Source: Bispira polyomma (lineage: Eukaryota). Taken from it: a stretch of DNA of 64,000 bases. Positions 56,701 through 64,000 of the stretch are shown here, one piece after another. Where the stretch lies: assembly GCA_965649765.1 (NCBI GenBank), contig OZ287749.1, positions 24,304,001 to 24,368,000 on the forward strand, in the 5' to 3' direction. Below the pieces are notes generated by a model. It made no database searches. It had not been told where the DNA came from and saw nothing but the letters and a program-made list of their open reading frames with translations. Each line of letters opens with the position of its first letter. Positions within the stretch are counted from its first letter, which is position 1. The position numbers and the translations under genes were made by a program.

Positions 56701-59055
56701 TAAGTGGTCACACTTATCTATTTTATAAATCTTTAAGTAATATATTTAAGTAATATATAATTGTAACAAAGATTATGTAATGAAATGGTAAAATTTATAT
56801 ATATCATCGTCTAGCTGAGTTTTTAGTTTCAAATTCTATGTAATAGAGATACGGCAGGCTTGTTCATAACGCCAGCCAAGGTCAATCATCTTTTTTTTGT
56901 GTGTCTATTTATAGGTTCCAATTTTAGCTGTGGGAACTAACCTATACCACGAAAGCCTCTCCTTCTTTCATGTCTGACTTTTTTTCTGTGACGTATCTGT
57001 TACCGTTACGTTTTATGTATATTGTGTGTTGCAAACGTAGAATGAAACCTCTTTTAATCCATGAATACTTTTACGACATTCCCAACGAGTTAGCTCTTAT
57101 GTTTGGACACTCCTTTGATGCTGCTCTTTTAAAGACATTATATATATCCATAATCATACAATACGAGTTATCCCATAGAAAATATAAATACATTAGTCAG
57201 GTCTACTTCGTACAAGAGTATTGACAAACACGGTATGGGGAAAATTTTAGAATTACCACAAAGACCATTTTCATAAACTGACAAAACCTACATGTCAGGC
57301 TAAGTATACAGATACATTTTGATGGCTGTCTCACACTCGATCAAGGCTAATGACACAGGCTTCAGGATGACCATTTATATCAATATATCCAAGGAACTTT
57401 GCTGGTCACATTTGATAATACCATACGACACAGGACCATGATTTTAACTGGTCATCTGCGTGTGAGGTGTCGTAGACAACTCGCCCAGTCCGGCAATGAT
57501 CTAGTAGACTTGAGCCCGAGAAAGGCTACCATTAAACACCAAAAACAAGTAAATAAAATTATCTTATTGTTTGGCTGGGCCTAACAAGACTATTTTCGGC
57601 TAATGAGCAGATGAGCAGAGTGACACCAGCTTGTGTAGATAATTCTTCACTTTATAATTTACTATTGAATAGAAAGCATCCATGTGTAAAACTTTTTTTT
57701 TAAATTCGACATCAATTTAATGCTAGGCCGTTTTGGAGTAGTTGGAACCCCAATTCAATTCTCTTGGACTGAAGAAGTATTAGCTGCAAAGGTTTCAAAT
57801 CAATCCACAATCAATTGTGCAGATTTGTGTGCCATGTGGGATCTTGCGTCAGTATGACTCCTACTAGCTATCAAGTACTGCATCATTTTCAAGACTAAAG
57901 TTACTAAATATACAAAGCTCTAAACCTTTGTCAGCCCCCATATCTTGTCTCATTGTTCTCTTTAAGCAAGCTTACCAACAGAAACAGAATTTCAGTCTCT
58001 GATATCAGAACCAGATTGGATCCTATTTAGACCTTGTGCAAGGTCCTTCCACAAGGGCATTATGATTTTTAGTCTATATCCCTTCATGAATTTAAATTTG
58101 GGATAAAATGAAGAAGCTGGCAGGTGCTGACACCTTTTGAATAGAATGGGAACTGTGTAAAATACAGTCATACAGTGTTTCACCAACAGTAAAGACTTGT
58201 AAGCAAGTCTAAATCCTATGCCTTCTCTGTTGCAGCACCTACCCTAAGTAATAATTTATTTATGAGATTCTAGGAAATCCTCTCTGGCTTTAGAAGTAAC
58301 CTTAATACCAATCTTTTCACCCTTGCTTACCCCATAAGTCATCTTTCCCGTCCACGTCAATCCCCCCTCACACCAATTTGCATTGAGAGAAGGACTACGA
58401 TTTTAACAACGTTGACAAGGATGTTGCATATTAAAAATCGATCATATCAGAACAACAATAAAACTGCTTCTGTTAGAAAGTTTTTATTTTGAACACATTA
58501 GAATAAAAAAAAAAAATAATAATACTATCAATGAAAACAGAACAAAGATGTCCTACGAAACAAACTGTACAGAAACACACGAAGAACTACAACTCCAGTC
58601 AAGTCACACTGGAATAAAACTAGTTATGTACAATTTTAGATGACACTATGTTATTATATCACCACATCTATAAAATATCCTATACAAATCCTTAAATCAG
58701 TCCTATTCTTATTAATGGATGTTTCTACCAGTTATTATATATGTATTACTTCGTTATTGCTAGACACACACAGCCACACACACACACAACTTTGAGCAGG
58801 GGGAAGCTGACACAGACTTACATGTCATAGTATCAGTTGAGGACACTGTTTTGTTGTTTTTTATTTTAAATATACCTCTATTTGTAAAGCTACTGTGAAT
58901 ATAAATTGGAATTCAATCATGTATAACACTGGAATAATCGTTTCTGGAGTACTAACTTTTCACGAATACGAGAAGTGACCTTAAACACATTTGAGTGTTA
59001 ATATTGTAAACTTGTTCCACCAAAAACCTATACGAGCGCATTATGTTCCTACAAA

Positions 59056-59166
59056 TCACTTGGCTTTCTTTGGTATCAGCTCGTCTATATTTTCTCCTTT
59101 CTCAAGACGTTTTTCCATCTCAATAATCTTGTTGACTCCATCAATCACCAATTGGACAAATTCTCT
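59056..59166 (-). CDS. Phosphagen kinase last coding exon: [36 protein letters not shown]
   Basis: ttttgcag acceptor, TGA stop. Confidence 0.94.
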   Translation of the reverse strand, partial: REFVQLVIDGVNKIIEMEKRLEKGENIDELIPKKAK

Positions 59167-62100
59167 CTGCAAAAGATATATATATATATATATTTAGTAT
59201 TGTTTTAATGATTATATATAATTGTGTATATTGTTTAAACTTCACTCTTCTACAAAATAAATCTCAAAATGTTAATTGAACTTTAAACCACTCGAAATCT
59301 ACAAATTTTATCACAATTTACTTAGCAATTTTAAAAAAATACCCAGAATCAGTACTAGTAAAGTAAAAGTGCTTTGCTGTGTTGTAATATGCCAGTTATT
59401 GTATTGTATTCAAATTTATACTCTGCACCTTTTTTTATCTCCCTTTACACACTTTACTTTTGGTTGTTGCCTTAGTATAACCAGCCTGCACCAGTAACTG
59501 TCATTCCCATAGCACAATTTATACACAGGCTATAGGAAAGTACTTGTATCTTAAAATGACCTGATCTTGTGACCATTCATTTTAGAACTCTCAGGGGACA
59601 AGAGTTGGTAGCTCTTCTGTAGTAAATCATTGTAACTGACATATTTGTTTTGTTACAAATACCCCAAATTATTGCTTTGATATACAGGTTATTAGCCGTT
59701 CATCTTGAAACAACACCGATCAGGAGCATAAACATTGATAGAACTATTGGGTAGTAAATTATTTTTCACCAGAAAATGTTTTCAATCTTAGAAATAATTT
59801 GTAAGGCCTTCATGGATTGATTGGAAACAATCTAGCCATCCAAACTGAGGGGTGTCTGGGTGCCTGAGTATATTGTGGCCGACCAACGTTGGTGTATTTC
59901 ACACTGTGCGCCTGTGTCTTTTTTAAAAATAAGCTCGTTAGCTAGGTATGCCATTACACATTTACACTAATTTTTGCATAGTAAACAGCTGCACAGCAGT
60001 AAATAATATGGCTGTTACAGCACCAGATAACTCGGTCAATGCTGAATACATATCTGTAGTTTGATTTGATCATAAATCAGAATTAAATGCTTGAGGTTGT
60101 TGGAGACTACACTGCTACTGTAGTGAGATATATATCAGCAATCATCTCACCTCTGTATTCTTCAGCCTTGCTGCATTAGACAAGTCATACACATCATCCA
60201 CTGCAGCTGTGTGTTCCCCGGCGGTCCCGCGTTTCTGCATATCTAGGGCTTCCACAATGGCGTCAAACTTAGGATGCTAACAAACAAAGGGAGAATATCA
60301 ACAAACCCAAGTAAGAAAGTATTCCATTCATATGTATTAGTCTATAAACACTACCTTATTATCTCTTCCAGTAATTTGGTTTTCTTTGTTGGTCTCCAGG
60401 ATTACAACACAAAGTAGAAAATACAAATGCAGTAGTCAAGTCTGCTGCTTCCAAGAGTATTGCCAAACATGGATGAAGACTTTTTATAATAACTTCTGGT
60501 TATTAAAGTAACTGTTACTCATCTGTCTGAATACAGAGGCTTGATAATGGCAAATTGTCAATCAGATGCAGTGACACAATACTGGCCTTTTTAATTGCTC
60601 ATCTGAGCCACCATATTTCTGCAATATAGTATGGAATCCTGGTCCTCTGTATTCCTTAGCAGGTGTCCCACCTACTAGGCCACAGTGGTACATAAGAAGA
60701 GATAGCAAGATATGAAGAGGTGTGTTATGTTAAGACTATGCTTGCTAATTGATGCAGCTGTACATGTGCATAGATGTTTTGTTTGGCTGTACCTTGGAAT
60801 CCGGAGAATAAGTACCTAATGCCCCTTTCACATATCGGCGGTATGGTAGGCAGAACCACTGCAAGAGATACTGTAAGTTGTCTTTCTGCCTATTAAATTG
60901 GCAGTTCTTCTGGGCGAAATTTACCCCTTGAAGCTAGTTCAGATAAGTTTTACTGATGGATACAGAAAAAAACTACATTACCTTGCTGAGGTTATGCAGC
61001 TGTACATGTACACTACACCTCAGTCCAGTACCGATGTTGGTAGGACAGGTACAGATGTACCCTAGTCTGTCACTGTGCATGAATTCCTTACCCTGGGTCT
61101 TCATCAGCCTCTCAACCTACACAAGACAAGCTCAACATTTAAATAGCTGTAAATAAAGGTAAACAGTGAAAGGCCAGGTAGTAGGTCACTGAATAATACA
61201 ACAGGTATATTTGTCTATATAGGCTACCTCCCTCGTCAGGGTTATTTGTCACATATAAAATACACAAAACTACTGAACCTTAAGAAATGTTGGATGGAAG
61301 GGCACGAGATGAATGGATGCAGTTAACAAAGATATAGACTTAGCTCTGATATATGACACATGATAAAAACAAAGACTTAGCATACTCGATCTTAAATTTT
61401 GATTATGTTGAACTGGAATTTTAGCAGGAACCTTGAAACCATATCATGAACCAATCAAATTAGCTGTGACTATAAGCTGTAAGGATGAGAGCTTCCAGTA
61501 TGTTACCTCGCTAAGTCCGGTACAGAAGCGTTCAAATGTGGCTCCCATGTCGCCTCCTTGCTGCATAGAGATCACCCTACAGTGATCCTCTTCATTGATC
61601 CACACAAGGAAGTTCTTAGCATCATTGTGCCTGTTGTCATAGAAACAAACCCACTGAATTAGGCTCTGTTAGGCTTTAAATTGATCCCCTCAAATTGTGA
61701 ATTGAGAGTATCAATTGAAAGAAATTCCCATTTGAGTCAATATCATGTATGTGTTGTAATGAATAATGTTTTTAGTAAATTAAATATAATCAATATAACC
61801 TAAAAAGGTACTAGAGTGGATATTAAATATCCAAATTAAAAAAAAATTTAAAAATTCCAAGGCGCACCATCAACAGAACTAAAAGTTAAAATAGTTAAGG
61901 TACATAATGCGATTCGTAAGGAAGGTGTGGGGTGTGGCTTGATTGGAGCCATAAGGGGGATTAGTCTGTCTGAAAAGGTATGACTTTCTGAATGAACTTA
62001 GGCGGCTTGTCCGATAACGGATATCAGAAGTTTATTCTATTCACTTGTATGTGTGTAAGTAAAACAATGACTTCCAACCATCTTTTTGGGGGATGATACT

Positions 62101-64000
62101 TTAACGTTTAGAGCATATGGTAGTACATCAAACATCAAACAATAAGGTTGTATGTATACTACTATTTATATCTATAATGGGTGTATGTGTATTTAAAAAT
62201 TTGACTGAGTGACTTGTGTCACTGATGAGATCAGTAAAACTGATATACTAAGGTATAAAAATGTTTAATGGTTATGTGTTACTTCTATAGCACCACACTG
62301 GATGACCAGGCATCCTCTGTGGCACACATCCCAATCAATATACAAAAGAATAGTCTGATAGGAGGAAAGGTTTTGGATCATAGTTCAGTCATAACCAAGC
62401 AGATGAATTTTGAGGTTGAAAAGTGAGTTGATACAGCCGTGTTTTGGAGGTTTCTTTAAGCCTGTAATCCTTGTGTTGTTGAAGTGGAAAAGTGAGTTGA
62501 TACAGCCGTGTTTTGGAGGGTTTTCTTAAAGCCTGTAATGTTTGTGTATAAGTATAAAGACCGGGAAATTGTTTCATTCAGCAGGTGCTGCAACATTACA
62601 TGATTTTTAACCTGCTAGTTTTTTAGGTGAGAAGTAAGAGGCAGAGAGACGATTTCCTCTTATAGGTTTGCTGAGAGATAACAAAAAATGATAAGTAAAC
62701 TGGCTGGCTGTATATGATATGGACAGTCTTAACAATGAGGACATTTACTTCGCATTTTGTAAGGAAATCTATCGGTATACACATGTTAACAGGTGAATCA
62801 AACTCTTTCTCTGAATCAAACTCTTGCTTTCTGCACACAGTAGTAACTTCTCATTTACTCACCAGATGCCTCTGCCATCAGGCCAGTCTCTCACAGCCCC
62901 TGAGTTCACCATCAAATGTCCTGTTGGCTTTTGAAACAAGAAATGGTCCTACAACAACACAGATAAATGGATGAAAACACTTACTCACTTATTAGAAACT
63001 TGGTCAGACATTTTTGGGGTTCTGTAGAAAGTTAACGATACTGTAGTAGAATACACATGTTATACTGGCATTTATCGATTTTTTAACAGTTGGTATCCAT
63101 GGTGTTTTATTTGTGTAGTACTAGTAACACTATACTATGTACATTTGTAGTAGTGTAAGTAATAGATCTTGTTTATATTTTGGAGGAATTTAAAACAAGC
63201 ATTTTGTTTGAGTTAGATGTGCTTCAGTGTAAAACCACTATAACCCCTACTCCTCACCCTAACCCTACTCCACTGGATCTATGAGGGGTCTTATGTCAGC
63301 TTATCCCTAAACAATACTTACAAGTAAGAGCTAGTGGAAGCTGTGCTCTTGTGATTGCAGGACCAATACTGTGAAATAAACTTGTTTAAATTAGTAACTC
63401 TAAATCTTTTCTTAGAACTTAAGAGGCAACCAAAGACGTGTTTTTTAGACATGGACATCAACAATGTTTTAATGTAAAACATTAAAATACTTTCAAGGAG
63501 ACTGTGATTAGACTGTGATTAGAAATGATTAGAAGCTAGAAGCCTCTGCTTCATAATCACTGGCCTCTCACCAATGTGGGTTCAAATCATGTGTTAGGAA
63601 CTTGCTGTATGCTGATGCTTTCCCTCCACCATGAAATCTGTCCATTGTGATATGACTTAAGCTAAATTCAAATTGAAAGAATTTGTAATGGACGTAAGAA
63701 ATACTTCATAGTTCAGTATATTTTAAATTTGATTTATCTAAAACAAAGACTCCAAACCTGTCTTCAAAACAAAGACCCTAAACCCCTCCTCCTTACATCA
63801 ATCAACCTCTGTTCTTCCTCTTTGGTCATCTTCCCTAGTGGGTAGTACTTGCCCTTCAGTGGTCCCCCCAGACCATTCAGGGCATCAGCAAGTACACGTT
63901 CTACCTCTCTCCTCTCAGCCCGGCAGATAGAGGGCGGTAGACACAAACCACGGACACTCCTCCCTGTACGGACACGGCAGGAACGGACATACTTCTCATC
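59056..64000 (-). CDS. Phosphagen (ATP:guanido) kinase, CK-superfamily, lombricine/taurocyamine-kinase-like; C-terminal six exons (5' part outside window)
   Basis: join 64000-63797,62948-62863,61630-61507,61116-60982,60276-60151,59166-59056; motifs [58 protein letters not shown]; TGA at 59056-59058. Confidence 0.96.
60151..60276 (-). CDS. Phosphagen kinase exon: [42 protein letters not shown]
   Basis: 126 nt. Confidence 0.95.
60982..61116 (-). CDS. Phosphagen kinase exon: VERLMK...[28 protein letters not shown]
   Basis: 135 nt, active-site CPxNxGT. Confidence 0.95.
61507..61630 (-). CDS. Phosphagen kinase exon: [26 protein letters not shown]...GLSE
   Basis: 124 nt, NEEDH motif. Confidence 0.95.
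62863..62948 (-). CDS. Phosphagen kinase exon: [28 protein letters not shown](W)
   Basis: 86 nt, AG/GT. Confidence 0.95.
63797..64000 (-). CDS. Phosphagen kinase exon (partial): [23 protein letters not shown]...QRLID
   Basis: donor GAT|GTAAGG. Confidence 0.95.

Noticed and set aside
63238-63270. Telomere-like taaccc motifs
   Set aside because: Two or three degenerate units in an intron; not an array
59056-64000. Creatine kinase or typical molluscan arginine kinase call
   Set aside because: The EH loop argues against CK; the backbone and exon structure are CK-like rather than typical AK

Overview
AT-rich animal genomic DNA, probably a lophotrochozoan (mollusc or annelid; inferred from the SINE/HINE repertoire and the kinase type), with two assembly gaps. 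(1) A large minus-strand gene, reconstructed by hand as 33 exons (ATG at 52555, running off the window at base 1). All splice phases are compatible, giving about 1160 codons without a stop. It encodes a divergent inositol-1,4,5-trisphosphate-receptor-like Ca2+ release channel (suppressor domain, MIR, RIH, RIH) in which several canonical IP3-contact residues appear to be lost. (2) The last six exons of a minus-strand phosphagen kinase (59056-64000): creatine-kinase superfamily, annelid lombricine/taurocyamine-kinase-like, with mitochondrial-CK-like exon sizes. (3) A ~5.7 kb tyrosine-recombinase (DIRS/Ngaro/PAT-group) retrotransposon in intron 2 of the channel gene, in the same orientation. Its gag and pol are disrupted but the recombinase is intact. 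It carries an in-frame splice donor/acceptor pair predicting a spliced Gag-YR protein, and an array of about 10 palindromic 15-mers behind the recombinase. (4) Many SINEs, MITEs, LINE 3' fragments and minisatellites; several tandem repeats are duplications of the channel gene's own splice junctions. All homology calls come from motif recognition, not database searches.
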